The position numbers and the translations under genes are program-made. Source: an uncultured virus (IMG/VR IMGVR_UViG_3300025885_000003) (taxonomy: Duplodnaviria; Heunggongvirae; Uroviricota; Caudoviricetes). Taken from it: a DNA stretch of 64,000 nucleotides. Below are positions 9,101 to 18,343 of this stretch, piece by piece (position 1 is the stretch's first letter; the number at the start of each line of letters is the position of its first letter). The stretch lies in the IMG/VR virus record IMGVR_UViG_3300025885_000003; one strand, given 5' to 3'. The notes under the pieces were generated by a model. It was not told where the DNA came from. It searched no databases and saw only the letters and a program-made list of their open reading frames with translations.

Positions 9101-11080
9101 CTAGGCGACGTTGGACATCATGCCTGCGAAGCCCATGTTGCTGTTCTGCCCACCGCCAGGGAGCCGCCCGAGGGGAGCGCCCATCGCACTCTGCGAACTG
9201 GGAGCACCAAGCTGCCCGTTGACGATCTGGCCAGAAGTTGGCACCATGTTGAGCGGGATACCGCCCATCGCTGGATTCACCATGCCCTGCATCGCAGGCT
9301 GCATGAAGATTTCATTGATGTTCGGAACCTCGAACTCACGGAAGATGCCTCGCCAGAAGTTGATAACGTTGATCTGGCCCCAGATTTGCGGGAAACCAGA
9401 CATTGCCTGGAGCAACTGGACCAGCGTCTGCTGCTTCATTCCCTTCGACAGGGCTGCCGAAGAACCACACGCACGAGCCGCGTAGTTCGGAACCATGTCG
9501 TATTCATCGAGATGTTCCCTCGTGGCGCTGATTGGCATGCCAGTGACGGGATCGATGACGGCAGAGTCGCCGAGAATGAGAACTTCGACGGGAGTGTCCA
9601 GGAACTGCTTATCTAGGGCGACCATCATGTTCGCCAGCGGTTCGAGGTACATCTCCTCGTAGATGCGTGATTCGAGCAGGAGCCGGTTGCCAGAAGCCTC
9701 ACGCCGCCCGATGAATTCGCGCGCCGTCTGACGATCCTGACCACCTAGACCCTGAACTGTGTCTTCCCCGATACCGGAGCCCATTTCGGCAAACTCGCGC
9801 ATCTGGGCGATCTTTTCGGTTGCGGTGAGCATGCCGTTAAGGTTAGCCTGAAGCGGAGCGACGACCGCACCGGGGTTTCCATCGACAGGGATGAATCGAC
9901 CGGGTCGAGCATACAGGTTTCGAGTGTTGAGATTTGCTGAACGGTCATAGAACCACATCGGGTCGATCACAAGATCAGCAGCATCGAGTGACTGGTTGAT
10001 GTACCGATTGCCCGTGATCTGAATCTTCTCCATGACCTCGGCCTTGCCGGGAGCATAGAAGTAGTGCGGATCGGGCGTTGGCGAGAATGCGGTGAAAGGT
10101 GCCAGACCGTGCCAGAAGGGGTTGGGACGGAACCGGAATAGATAGCGGCCATTCGCCACTGTGATGACAAACATACCTGGGCGACCAGAGCCGGACTTGT
10201 ACTTCGCTGGAATCAGTTCGCTGGGCACGTAGCCCCACATCTCCAGAATTTCGACTGGGCGTGAGTACTTGTCCATGAACCGGACAGTCGAATCGTCCAT
10301 ACCTGTGCGTGTTGCGAAACGCCGAACAGAGGCTTCGTCCGTAAAATGGTCCCAGCCTACTCCACCCTCGCGCTCCATCCTAGCCACTTCAGCCTTGTCG
10401 AAGATTGCGTCTTCGCCTGTGGAGAGATAGCGGATATCATCAAGGTCGAGGAAGTATCGCCGGATCATCCACGGCATCTCGCGGATGTTGTTCTTGTTGG
10501 GGCAGGGGAAGAAGTCGAGGAGATCGACATTCTCGACCGTGGGGCCGTCGAACATCGTGACGGGACCCTTCTTGATCATCTTCACGACCTTGCCTGAGAG
10601 AGGCAACCGGTCGAGAGTCTCGATCATGCGGTCTTCACGCTTGCGCTTCCAGCCGACCTGGGACACGGAGACACCGTAGAGATCAGCGGAGACGAAGTTG
10701 TGAACCTGCTTGAGGAACATGTCGTCATCCTTCATCTGCGCTGAGATGAGGGCCTCGCGCTTGCGCGCGGTGGGCATGTCGTCCGGGCCGTAACCGAGGA
10801 ACGACACGATGGGCCACATGTTCAGGGAAGTCGAAGCCTTGCGAGCCGCGTCCGCCCAGATGGCGGAATAGATTAACGGGATATGAACATTATTTTTGTG
10901 AGGATGAAACCTACCTGTCCATGTGCCTCGCCACAAGTCATACCGTCTCGGTAGACTTTGGCGTATCCCCATGTGATGATTCTCTGATAGTTTCTTGCGC
11001 GAGACCACCATGTCGATGACTTGCAGTTTCTGCTGCTCATCGCCGATTTCACGTGTGATCAAAAAATTACCACCGAGCAC
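9101..11080 (-). CDS. Portal protein (P22/SU10-like)
   Basis: 659 aa; LYGVSVSQVGW, DFFPCP, VEILEMWG, NPFWHGLAPF, TAREF and a Gln/Met/Gly-rich tail; GGAGG SD plus GTG. Confidence 0.88.
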   Translation of the reverse strand: MLGGNFLITREIGDEQQKLQVIDMVVSRKKLSENHHMGIRQSLPRRYDLWRGTWTGRFHPHKNNVHIPLIYSAIWADAARKASTSLNMWPIVSFLGYGPDDMPTARKREALISAQMKDDDMFLKQVHNFVSADLYGVSVSQVGWKRKREDRMIETLDRLPLSGKVVKMIKKGPVTMFDGPTVENVDLLDFFPCPNKNNIREMPWMIRRYFLDLDDIRYLSTGEDAIFDKAEVARMEREGGVGWDHFTDEASVRRFATRTGMDDSTVRFMDKYSRPVEILEMWGYVPSELIPAKYKSGSGRPGMFVITVANGRYLFRFRPNPFWHGLAPFTAFSPTPDPHYFYAPGKAEVMEKIQITGNRYINQSLDAADLVIDPMWFYDRSANLNTRNLYARPGRFIPVDGNPGAVVAPLQANLNGMLTATEKIAQMREFAEMGSGIGEDTVQGLGGQDRQTAREFIGRREASGNRLLLESRIYEEMYLEPLANMMVALDKQFLDTPVEVLILGDSAVIDPVTGMPISATREHLDEYDMVPNYAARACGSSAALSKGMKQQTLVQLLQAMSGFPQIWGQINVINFWRGIFREFEVPNINEIFMQPAMQGMVNPAMGGIPLNMVPTSGQIVNGQLGAPSSQSAMGAPLGRLPGGGQNSNMGFAGMMSNVA

Positions 11081-11500
11081 TTACGCCTCCTGACCACGTA
11101 AATACATGGCCGCACCAATTAGCAGGGATGCTTTATCCCGCATGAGTCCTAGTGCTTGGTTACACCGTTGACAGAGTAACCCTCGGACATGCCCTGTTTG
11201 ATGATCATGGTCAATGTGCGTTGTCCGTCCGGGTTTTAACTGGTCTTCACAGATACCGCAAAGTCCGCGTTGCCTTTCCCACAAAACATCGTACTGTTCA
11301 GAAGTTAATCCATAGCGCGCAATCTGATATCGGCGGTACCAAGTTCGAACCTTTTCCCGATTCCGTTCCGCGTACTGCTTTACGCGCTTTGTTTCACACT
11401 GTTTACACACACTGGTACGCCCTCTAGGCCGACGCCGGTCAAAAGTGAAATCACTCAGTGACCGTTCCTGGTTGCATCGAGTACAGCATTGCGTATCCAT
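11081..11500 (-). CDS. Endonuclease VII-like HNH homing endonuclease
   Basis: CTRC…CKQC; RYGLT; QRGLCGIC; HIDHDHQTGHVRGLLCQRCNQALG. Confidence 0.88.
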   Translation of the reverse strand: MDTQCCTRCNQERSLSDFTFDRRRPRGRTSVCKQCETKRVKQYAERNREKVRTWYRRYQIARYGLTSEQYDVLWERQRGLCGICEDQLKPGRTTHIDHDHQTGHVRGLLCQRCNQALGLMRDKASLLIGAAMYLRGQEA

Positions 11501-12072
11501 TGAGGAATCTCCAGTCTAAGAAGGCTGCCGGTATTGTTCATCACACTACCTGTTTTACAGATATGAATGAAAAGGTCCCGAGTTAGCCGTACGTCATGGG
11601 CACAGTAGAGAAATAATTCCGCGAAGCGGCCATCTTTTACTAGGTCCGGCGCATGCGCCCCAGAGCCGCTTTTACCTCGGCCGAAAGCCCGTCTGCACAC
11701 CCGGTCGAGTTTGAATTCCCCACGTTTACCAACGATCCCCTTTTGTGCGTTCGTGCGCGCGATGAGAGTATAGAGATCAATGTGCTCGCGTAACTTGAGC
11801 CGCCGTCCCCATACGCCTTCAATACACGGGATATCAAAGCGGAGAGTGTTATAGCCGATGACAACATCAGCGCCTTCCAGATGTGCAACCGCTGCTTTGA
11901 GCGATAGAGGATTGTCATCGTACATGTACAACCAGTCTTCCGAGAGGTCGTACACGCAGATCGCTGAAATACCTCCGTCCCCATTCCGCAGACGCATCCA
12001 TCCGTAGTCTCGATCCGGTGACAATTGGCTTGCATGAAGTCGTGTCTCCAGGTCGAAGATGACAATGCGCAT
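11455..12072 (-). CDS. RNase H-like / DEDD 3'-5' exonuclease (YprB-like)
   Basis: FDLET, IGYNTLRFDIP, HIDLY, KLD, YCAHDVRLT. Confidence 0.8.
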   Translation of the reverse strand: MRIVIFDLETRLHASQLSPDRDYGWMRLRNGDGGISAICVYDLSEDWLYMYDDNPLSLKAAVAHLEGADVVIGYNTLRFDIPCIEGVWGRRLKLREHIDLYTLIARTNAQKGIVGKRGEFKLDRVCRRAFGRGKSGSGAHAPDLVKDGRFAELFLYCAHDVRLTRDLFIHICKTGSVMNNTGSLLRLEIPQWIRNAVLDATRNGH

Positions 12073-12083
12073 AATGCGCCTTT

Positions 12084-13142
12084 CTATTCGTCTTCTTTAT
12101 CTCCTGGCTTCTTGACTGCCGGAGCCGGCGAGGGACGAACTTCATCTGGGAAACGCCACCGAGCATCGCGCTCTTCCGTGGCGAGAGAACTAAACGCGAT
12201 ACCGGCTGAACCAGGATTGACCATGTTGAAGTCATACGCGGTGAAAGTCGGTGGAGTAAAGATAGCAGAAAGCGTGTGTGGTACCTGTACGTTCGTAAAT
12301 GTATATGAAGTTACTGGCCCGACGGAGACACCATCGATAAGTACCTCACGAAGAGTACAACCTGAGTTAGGCGTAATTGTGAAAGCTTGATTATGCCCAA
12401 TCAAGACATCTGTCGTTGAGGGGGAAACTACCCCAGGACCCGTTACTGATACCGTAATCATAGCCACGGGTTGTACTTCAGTACCAGACCCCGTCATTGT
12501 GACACTTGCGCCACCGGACTTAGCTGTTGCTTTCGGATGTGTTGCACTACCAGACATGGTAGTCGCAGCACCACCAGCTTTGGCTGTGGCCTTCGGATGC
12601 GTTGAGTCACCGGACATCGTAACTGAAGCACCACCAGCCCGCGGATAATCAGTAGAGGCAGATTCAGCAGTACCAAAGCTAAAGTAAGAAACATCTACTG
12701 TTCCAGCATTTCCCGGCTGTGGGACAAAGATAAGCCACATCTTCGGTGATCCCGTGCCACTTCCAACGTTGGCATAATCACCCGTACAATGTACGCTGAA
12801 ATCGACAAACGATGTCGTTAGCGCATTCGCATCAATATTCGCAATAACAGCAGATCGACCGTTATCCGCAAAAATTCGGACGGCCATGATCGACCCAGTA
12901 TTCGGGGCTGTCGCAGAACGACGCATCCGCAAATTCACGTAAAGGCCAGTTGGATTTACGTTAGGATCGATAGAACCCGAGGCGGTCCACGACGTTCGGT
13001 CCGTGACGGCCGCAGCAGCGGTCGCATACTTTGCATCATCGTAGTTGTCGAGACAGTCAAAAATCTCAGACGCACCATGTGCCGTCCACGTACCAATGGC
13101 ATCATCACCGAGTTCTGGGCTGGCTGGTTTGACAGTAGCCAT
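12084..13142 (-). CDS. Virion structural/decoration or fibre protein with a C-terminal Ig/B-repeat-like domain
   Basis: Thr/Ser/Gly-rich beta sequence, three ~20-aa repeats, C-terminal QAFTITPNSG…VLIDG…SYTFTNV…HTLSAIF. Confidence 0.6.
   Translation of the reverse strand: MATVKPASPELGDDAIGTWTAHGASEIFDCLDNYDDAKYATAAAAVTDRTSWTASGSIDPNVNPTGLYVNLRMRRSATAPNTGSIMAVRIFADNGRSAVIANIDANALTTSFVDFSVHCTGDYANVGSGTGSPKMWLIFVPQPGNAGTVDVSYFSFGTAESASTDYPRAGGASVTMSGDSTHPKATAKAGGAATTMSGSATHPKATAKSGGASVTMTGSGTEVQPVAMITVSVTGPGVVSPSTTDVLIGHNQAFTITPNSGCTLREVLIDGVSVGPVTSYTFTNVQVPHTLSAIFTPPTFTAYDFNMVNPGSAGIAFSSLATEERDARWRFPDEVRPSPAPAVKKPGDKEDE
12487..12646 (-). repeat. 60-nt-period coding tandem repeat (GGASVTMSG..THPKATAK), about 2.7 copies
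   Basis: Visible in the translation of 12084..13142. Confidence 0.75.
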
Positions 13143-13151
13143 TGGAACCTC

Positions 13152-13520
13152 TTAGCCGACAGTGATGTCGATAGTATAGCTGACCGTATCTCCCGAAACG
13201 ACGACGATGCCCGTGAACACTTCACGGTAAAGCATATTCGTCATGGCCGCCTCTTTGAAGAGACCGACCTCCGTAATCGTCTGCGAACTTCCGACTGCCA
13301 TCGTCTTTGTCACCCGATACTTGACCGAAGAGTTGACCGCTTCCGTACCCGCCCAGGCAGAACCAGAGTTCAGGTCAGACGCCGCCACGAGGGTGGTATC
13401 ACTGACACCGGGCGTAGTCGTACCCGTACCATGCGCGATGTACTTCGCCACACTGCCCGCGAGCATCACCGCAGCGATCAAACCCTTACCTACTGTGGTT
13501 ACCACGGCGCCGTTGGCCAT
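13152..13520 (-). CDS. Small structural protein (tail/fibre-associated)
   Basis: VTTVGK, YIAHGTG…DTTL, ITEVGLF…MLYR.VF…GDTVSYT pattern. Confidence 0.65.
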   Translation of the reverse strand: MANGAVVTTVGKGLIAAVMLAGSVAKYIAHGTGTTTPGVSDTTLVAASDLNSGSAWAGTEAVNSSVKYRVTKTMAVGSSQTITEVGLFKEAAMTNMLYREVFTGIVVVSGDTVSYTIDITVG

Positions 13521-13867
13521 TGTTCTGTCCTCTCTAATAGTTGGTTCATGTGAAGTTTGTGGGGGCACTCACCATGGAGATGCTTCCCAAAGTTACAGTT
13601 GAAGCAGAGAATCTGGAAAGTATCAGGGAAACCGTGCGAATGAATCCAACTCGCGAGGTTTGTCCCTTTTCCGATCTTTCTGCGGTGCTCTGCTCCATCG
13701 CCCGCGATATGATCGAATGTCAAGAATGTTGGATCAGACTCACCACAGCACACGCAGACACCTCCGTAATGAGATAATGTCTCACGTAATCGGCGCTTCC
13801 TTGTCTCGTTGGCGTAGCCGGGTCGAGCTTCGCGCCATTTCTTCTGATACTCAGTGCGCGGAGCCAT
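13499..13867 (-). CDS. HNH homing endonuclease
   Basis: YGGVCVCCGE…LTFDHIAGDG…FQILCFNCN. Confidence 0.85.
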   Translation of the reverse strand: MAPRTEYQKKWREARPGYANETRKRRLRETLSHYGGVCVCCGESDPTFLTFDHIAGDGAEHRRKIGKGTNLASWIHSHGFPDTFQILCFNCNFGKHLHGECPHKLHMNQLLERTEQWPTAPW

Positions 13868-13868
13868 A

Positions 13869-14027
13869 TTACTTACCTCGTCTGGTACGCCGATTGGCGA
13901 ACCACAGTTTGATGCGAGGGATAATCATCTCGTACCACTCGCCACCTTGGATACAACCAATGTTGTCGATACGACCGTTTACCCGAGTAACTGAGATAGA
14001 AATCCGGGCCTTCGTGACTGTGTTCAT
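13869..14027 (-). CDS. Small hypothetical protein
   Basis: GGGA plus ATG (MNTVTKAR…); fills the gap after TerL. Confidence 0.45.
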   Translation of the reverse strand: MNTVTKARISISVTRVNGRIDNIGCIQGGEWYEMIIPRIKLWFANRRTRRGK

Positions 14028-14038
14028 CGTATTCCCGT

Positions 14039-15961
14039 CTATACAGGTTGGAATGGAGGAAGCCACTCATCACTAGGACCATGTCCTGGCCCCATCTGTG
14101 CGGCATACTCACGATCGGTGTCGCTAATCTGCGTTGCCAGTGCGTGTCCGAAGATACGCTCATCATCCTTAATGAAAGCCGACTCCGGCCCCATCGGGAC
14201 TGATCCCTCGTCGGCCGCGACATTGCCCATGCCGTAGACTGGCTTGCGCCAGAGTCCCGTGGTCTTACCGGGAAGTCGCTCAACGAAGACATCAACACCT
14301 GCATCTGCGTAGTCATCGTGGTCTACTGCGTCGATGCGGAGCATCTGGTTGAACATCGTCATCGCAGGCTTTGGAATGTACCAATGCTTGCACAGACGTT
14401 TCGGCATGCCTTGTGCGCAATCGCATGAGGGGCGATGAAGGAATACGCGGACGAAGCCTTCGGCCCAGTAACCTGCTCCAGTACGAATTCGCTGCCGCTT
14501 CTTCGTTCCCTGCCGGTTCAGCGCGTAGTACGGAATGTTGAAACCTGCACCACGCAGGACGGCTTTGATCTGGTCCGGATAGACACCCTGGTGACCACCG
14601 GTCTCGGCGTCATCCGTGATGCCCTTGATCATGATGCCCCGCTTACGCAGGGACACGCAGACCTTGATCAGTTCATCGTGGAACGTGTCCGCACGCCACT
14701 CATTCGAGCCGCGCAGGAGGTCCGTTTCCAGATAGATGAAACCGTTCGGACGCTCGTCATGGAGCCAGACTACGATAGTCGAGTAGTCGCCCTTGCCGAT
14801 ACTTTCCTTCTTCTTGAAGGCACAATCGATGTGGATCGACGCCGTCATGGCTGGCACAAGGAAGTTCAGGTCCGAGAAGTCAGTGAAGCAGTCCCGAAGC
14901 TGCCATTCTAGAAGGGGCGTGTGTTCGCCCGCGCCTGGGTTGTTCTGCTGCTGGCAAGCGTAATCTTCCGGATCGCGCCGCTTATGCTCGATGATCTTCT
15001 TGATGTTGTAGACTTCAGGCAGCGTAGGCGTACCGTGGCCAGGATAGCCAGGACACTCGATGGCCATGTCTTCAGTCTGCCAGAAGAATACGTGCCAGGG
15101 ACCCTGTCCGAGTTCGACTTCCTCGAAGAGCGCCATATTAGGAATTGGCATCCCAGACCAGGATGCGATACCTTCGCGCTTGAGATGTCGCCCTGCCACG
15201 TCATCGTCGCCGTAGCGCGTGAGTGTAAGCATGAGCAGACCGTTCGGACTAAGCGCGTTATAGCACGAGTCCACGGATGTATGGACGTTCCGCATGTAGG
15301 CTTCACGTCCGTCGCGGATTTTCGTCGCTAGAATCGGATCGTCTACATCGTGAACGTCATGGTGATAGCCCGTCATACCGATCTCAACACCCGTCGTATC
15401 GAACGACGGCTCAGAGAGGTTAGTAGACTGGCGATAGCCGTGGTGAAGGAACTCGTCGTTCCATTTGCGCGTGGGCTCTCTCCAGTTACCGTAGAGCCAC
15501 GTAAACCAGGAGTCGCGATCCTGCCCCGAGATGACCTTCTGGATCGAGGCCAGAATGTCCTTGGAGAACGGATGCGTGCCAGACATGAACAGCGTGGACA
15601 TGTCGGGATCGTCCAGGTGCAGCCAAAGCATGGCCGACTTGGACGTAATGACGGTCTTGCCAAAGCCACGAGGGAGGATGACCGCGATGTAATAGCGATC
15701 TGTTGATCCCTCGCGCCGCTGTTTAGTCCATTCTAGGAGGTGATGCTGGAGCCAGGAGATGAATTTCTTGTGGAACCGGTCCTGGAACCACTGGGACTTG
15801 CCGGGACGCTTGGCGAAATAGGCGTCAGTTCCCCAGCACTTCCGTACAAACCAGTAGAGGGACTCGGGGTGAGTCGCCGTCTCGCCGTTCTCATCATGCC
15901 AGCGACCTGGAGCGCAAATTGCCGTCCAGATGTCACGTTCGGCTTCCTGGTTCCACTTCAT
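14039..15961 (-). CDS. terL: Terminase large subunit
   Basis: Walker A ILPRGFGKT; TGYHHD..DVDD; LTRYGDDD; YACQQQNNP; nuclease IDCAF…DYS…HDDYADA. Confidence 0.93.
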   Translation of the reverse strand: MKWNQEAERDIWTAICAPGRWHDENGETATHPESLYWFVRKCWGTDAYFAKRPGKSQWFQDRFHKKFISWLQHHLLEWTKQRREGSTDRYYIAVILPRGFGKTVITSKSAMLWLHLDDPDMSTLFMSGTHPFSKDILASIQKVISGQDRDSWFTWLYGNWREPTRKWNDEFLHHGYRQSTNLSEPSFDTTGVEIGMTGYHHDVHDVDDPILATKIRDGREAYMRNVHTSVDSCYNALSPNGLLMLTLTRYGDDDVAGRHLKREGIASWSGMPIPNMALFEEVELGQGPWHVFFWQTEDMAIECPGYPGHGTPTLPEVYNIKKIIEHKRRDPEDYACQQQNNPGAGEHTPLLEWQLRDCFTDFSDLNFLVPAMTASIHIDCAFKKKESIGKGDYSTIVVWLHDERPNGFIYLETDLLRGSNEWRADTFHDELIKVCVSLRKRGIMIKGITDDAETGGHQGVYPDQIKAVLRGAGFNIPYYALNRQGTKKRQRIRTGAGYWAEGFVRVFLHRPSCDCAQGMPKRLCKHWYIPKPAMTMFNQMLRIDAVDHDDYADAGVDVFVERLPGKTTGLWRKPVYGMGNVAADEGSVPMGPESAFIKDDERIFGHALATQISDTDREYAAQMGPGHGPSDEWLPPFQPV

Positions 15962-16106
15962 GTGTCATCCCTTCAAGATGGCAAGCACACTTTGCGCATA
16001 CTGCCTGTCCTTTCCAGTCATGCGCTTCCATGATCTGGAGATCGTGAAATGAACGCCAGCAACCTAGGCAGAATGGGCGACCGTCAGTCGTGTACGATAC
16101 TCTCAT
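15933..16106 (-). CDS. Small Cys-rich (Zn-finger) protein
   Basis: CLGC…CAKC; overlaps the TerL start. Confidence 0.5.
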   Translation of the reverse strand: MRVSYTTDGRPFCLGCWRSFHDLQIMEAHDWKGQAVCAKCACHLEGMTHEVEPGSRT

Positions 16107-16443
16107 TCCGCTGACTCCTCTCCCAAGTTCTCCGTCTATGGCAATTAGCACAGACGACATCACACTTCGCGATCTCTGCCCGGAGTGCTTCGAGTGAAAA
16201 TTTGGCCCCACGACGCGAAATCGTGTATCGTTTATCCCGAAGATGATCAAAGTCCATTATATAGGGCGGGAATGACTGATGGCAATCTGCACACGGGCGA
16301 TCTTTCGCCTCTTCGATTACCCCTCGATTACGTGCTTTTACTTTCTGTGCGCTAAGTCGTGTTACTTCACGATTCTTCTCCCTGTTCTTATCTCGCCATC
16401 GTGTCCGTTGCTTCTTCTGGTCTTCCGGATTACTGTAGGGCAT
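16084..16443 (-). CDS. HNH homing endonuclease
   Basis: PCADCHQSFPPYIMDFDHL…KCDVVCANCHRRRT. Confidence 0.88.
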   Translation of the reverse strand: MPYSNPEDQKKQRTRWRDKNREKNREVTRLSAQKVKARNRGVIEEAKDRPCADCHQSFPPYIMDFDHLRDKRYTISRRGAKFSLEALRAEIAKCDVVCANCHRRRTWERSQRNESIVHD

Positions 16444-16889
16444 TAGCGGCCTGCACCCGGAGGAATTTCTGTGGGAGGTGCGCCAGGGCTGATAATCGCC
16501 GAGGAAGACACTTTCGCCCCCATACCGAGGTTATTGTAGCTGGCCGACGCGAGCCCGGGATTGAAGACTTCCCTCGGGTCCGTGTGACCGCTGTTCGTCG
16601 TATGCGCCCGCTGGAGCAGAGCTTCCTTGATGGCCTTGGAGAGGTCGATCAGGGGCTCGACGGGCTTGAGACCCGCAGCCTCGGCACTGAGCAGGCCCGC
16701 ATTCAGTTCTGCCGACTTCTCCACGATGATCTTGCGATTGGCCTCTTCGACGGCGAGCCGCTTCGTGTTTTCAGCCTCGACAGTCGCGCGTGTCTCATCG
16801 ATCAGCTTCTGGCAGGGACCACAGAAGTTGTTGGACCACTCAGACTGCTGCTTGTTCCCGCCACAATGGCGGCAAAATGAGGTTAGGAT
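16443..16889 (-). CDS. Zn-finger/coiled-coil protein; no canonical start codon (ATC at 16889 after AAGGAGG)
   Basis: The frame of 16443..16724 stays open upstream: (I)LTSFCRHCGGNKQQSEWSNNFCGPCQKLID…. Confidence 0.55.
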   Translation of the reverse strand: MLTSFCRHCGGNKQQSEWSNNFCGPCQKLIDETRATVEAENTKRLAVEEANRKIIVEKSAELNAGLLSAEAAGLKPVEPLIDLSKAIKEALLQRAHTTNSGHTDPREVFNPGLASASYNNLGMGAKVSSSAIISPGAPPTEIPPGAGR

Positions 16890-17299
16890 AACCCCTCCTT
16901 CCCTAGATACCGTTTCGCAGCATCTAGCAAGTTGGGATCGTCTTTGAACCGACCCAACGCTGAGTTACAAGGGAAACACAACAGGCCCCGGATAGCACCC
17001 GTTTTATGATCATGATCGACAGACAGTCGCTTACGCCCTGCTGCCATTCTACAGATAGCACATTTCCCATCTTGCTGTGTGAGTAGTATCTCGTACTCTT
17101 CCAATGTGATCCCGTACTGTGTCCGATACCGATTGTTCCGTCCTTTTGTCGCCCAGTCGTATCGAGCACGATTACATGCGTGACAGTAACAATTACTTGC
17201 TCGTGGATTCACTCCGCACCTAGCGCACAATTTTGTGGCGGAAAGAGTGAACTGACCGGAAGAAGTATCACGGACAAAACTTGGTTGAAGACCCGCCAT
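16883..17299 (-). CDS. Endonuclease VII-like HNH homing endonuclease
   Basis: QYGITLEEY, QDGKCAIC, LSVDHDHKTGAIRGLLCFPCNSALG. Confidence 0.88.
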   Translation of the reverse strand: MAGLQPSFVRDTSSGQFTLSATKLCARCGVNPRASNCYCHACNRARYDWATKGRNNRYRTQYGITLEEYEILLTQQDGKCAICRMAAGRKRLSVDHDHKTGAIRGLLCFPCNSALGRFKDDPNLLDAAKRYLGKEGLS

Positions 17300-17697
17300 T
17301 ACTGGAGAACCTCCTCCATCCGGGCAACCGCATCGTGCAGGCCGCCGCTACCCTTGGTCCCAATTACACCTGCGTGCAGAAGACAGATCAGACCGTAGTA
17401 CGTGTCCTGAAGATCACGTCGGACCGAGTTCAGCACCGCGAGGGTCGAGTTGAACTTGAGGATGTGCTGCCGCAGCGCAAGGTATGCCTCGTACTGTTTC
17501 TTGTTCAGAAACAGGGCATCGAACGATTGAAGCGGAGCGTAAGCGATGGGGAAGATCACGGCCGTGGGCTCCAGCCGATCCTTGCGCGCTTTCTCTGGAT
17601 GGAAATCCTCCCAGAGCCAACCACGATTATCGACGCCCGCCGCCCAGGGGCGAATCACGTCGAGATACTGGCGAATGCGTCTCTTAGCACCGAACAT
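17299..17697 (-). CDS. Hypothetical protein
   Basis: AAGGA SD; TAATG coupling. Confidence 0.55.
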   Translation of the reverse strand: MFGAKRRIRQYLDVIRPWAAGVDNRGWLWEDFHPEKARKDRLEPTAVIFPIAYAPLQSFDALFLNKKQYEAYLALRQHILKFNSTLAVLNSVRRDLQDTYYGLICLLHAGVIGTKGSGGLHDAVARMEEVLQ

Positions 17698-17709
17698 TGG
17701 AACTTCCTT

Positions 17710-17946
17710 TCATAAGGTGTTGAAAAGACGGGTGATCCAGTCTTGTTCAACTTCTCGTTTATCGAGCACCGCTCTGTGCGATAGCTCTTCGTCGTCATCG
17801 TCGTGCTCGACCACCAGGACGGGCTGGCCGTCTTCATCGGTGATCCAGTAGTAAATAGGCTCACACCAACACCGAATGTCAGTGAGATGTCCCGTTTCAT
17901 TCATGAGATGAGCTTCCATGCGCTCATCATCATCCGGATGCCTCAT
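17710..17946 (-). CDS. Small protein with H…CWCEP…VVEH motif
   Basis: HLTDIRCWCEP is a putative metal-binding motif. Confidence 0.55.
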   Translation of the reverse strand: MRHPDDDERMEAHLMNETGHLTDIRCWCEPIYYWITDEDGQPVLVVEHDDDDEELSHRAVLDKREVEQDWITRLFNTL

Positions 17947-18343
17947 GCTTGGCCTCGGTCTCGCGGAGCTTCCTGTTGATGGCCTCTTCCCAAGTATGAA
18001 GGCGCTTGGGGGATTTCCGTATGTATGCCAGCATGTCTGCGTCATACGCAAGAATCGCGATCTCTTCCATATCTTCCGTCAACCAGCCAATGAACATGTT
18101 GATAAAGACGACGTGGAGGAGTTCGTGAACAACCGTACCGATATGATCCATCGCGCCCGTTTGCTGGTTCGCGTCAACCTTGATCACTATGTTCGTCGGA
18201 GGTAAAATGCAATGCCAATTGGACAGGCCCTGCTGGGCCGTCATCAGGCCGAACGACAGGGATACTTCCGGGTGATTCAGCAACTCCAGCAGAACTGAGT
18301 GCAGTCGCGCCCGTGTCAGGGGATAGTTTCCGCGCACTGTCAT
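17930..18343 (-). CDS. HExxH zinc-metallopeptidase-like protein
   Basis: TVVHELLHV…EEIA. Confidence 0.6.
   Translation of the reverse strand: MTVRGNYPLTRARLHSVLLELLNHPEVSLSFGLMTAQQGLSNWHCILPPTNIVIKVDANQQTGAMDHIGTVVHELLHVVFINMFIGWLTEDMEEIAILAYDADMLAYIRKSPKRLHTWEEAINRKLRETEAKHEASG

Noticed and set aside
14039..15961. Inteins or introns in TerL (also checked in polymerase, helicase and thyX)
   Set aside because: The ORFs are continuous, of ordinary length, and show no intein splice-junction motifs.
18174..18343. Long same-strand gene overlaps (also 31256-31365 and 44735-44967) as programmed frameshifts
   Set aside because: The downstream genes have their own starts and no slippery site was evident. 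The overlaps look like low-complexity C-terminal run-ons.
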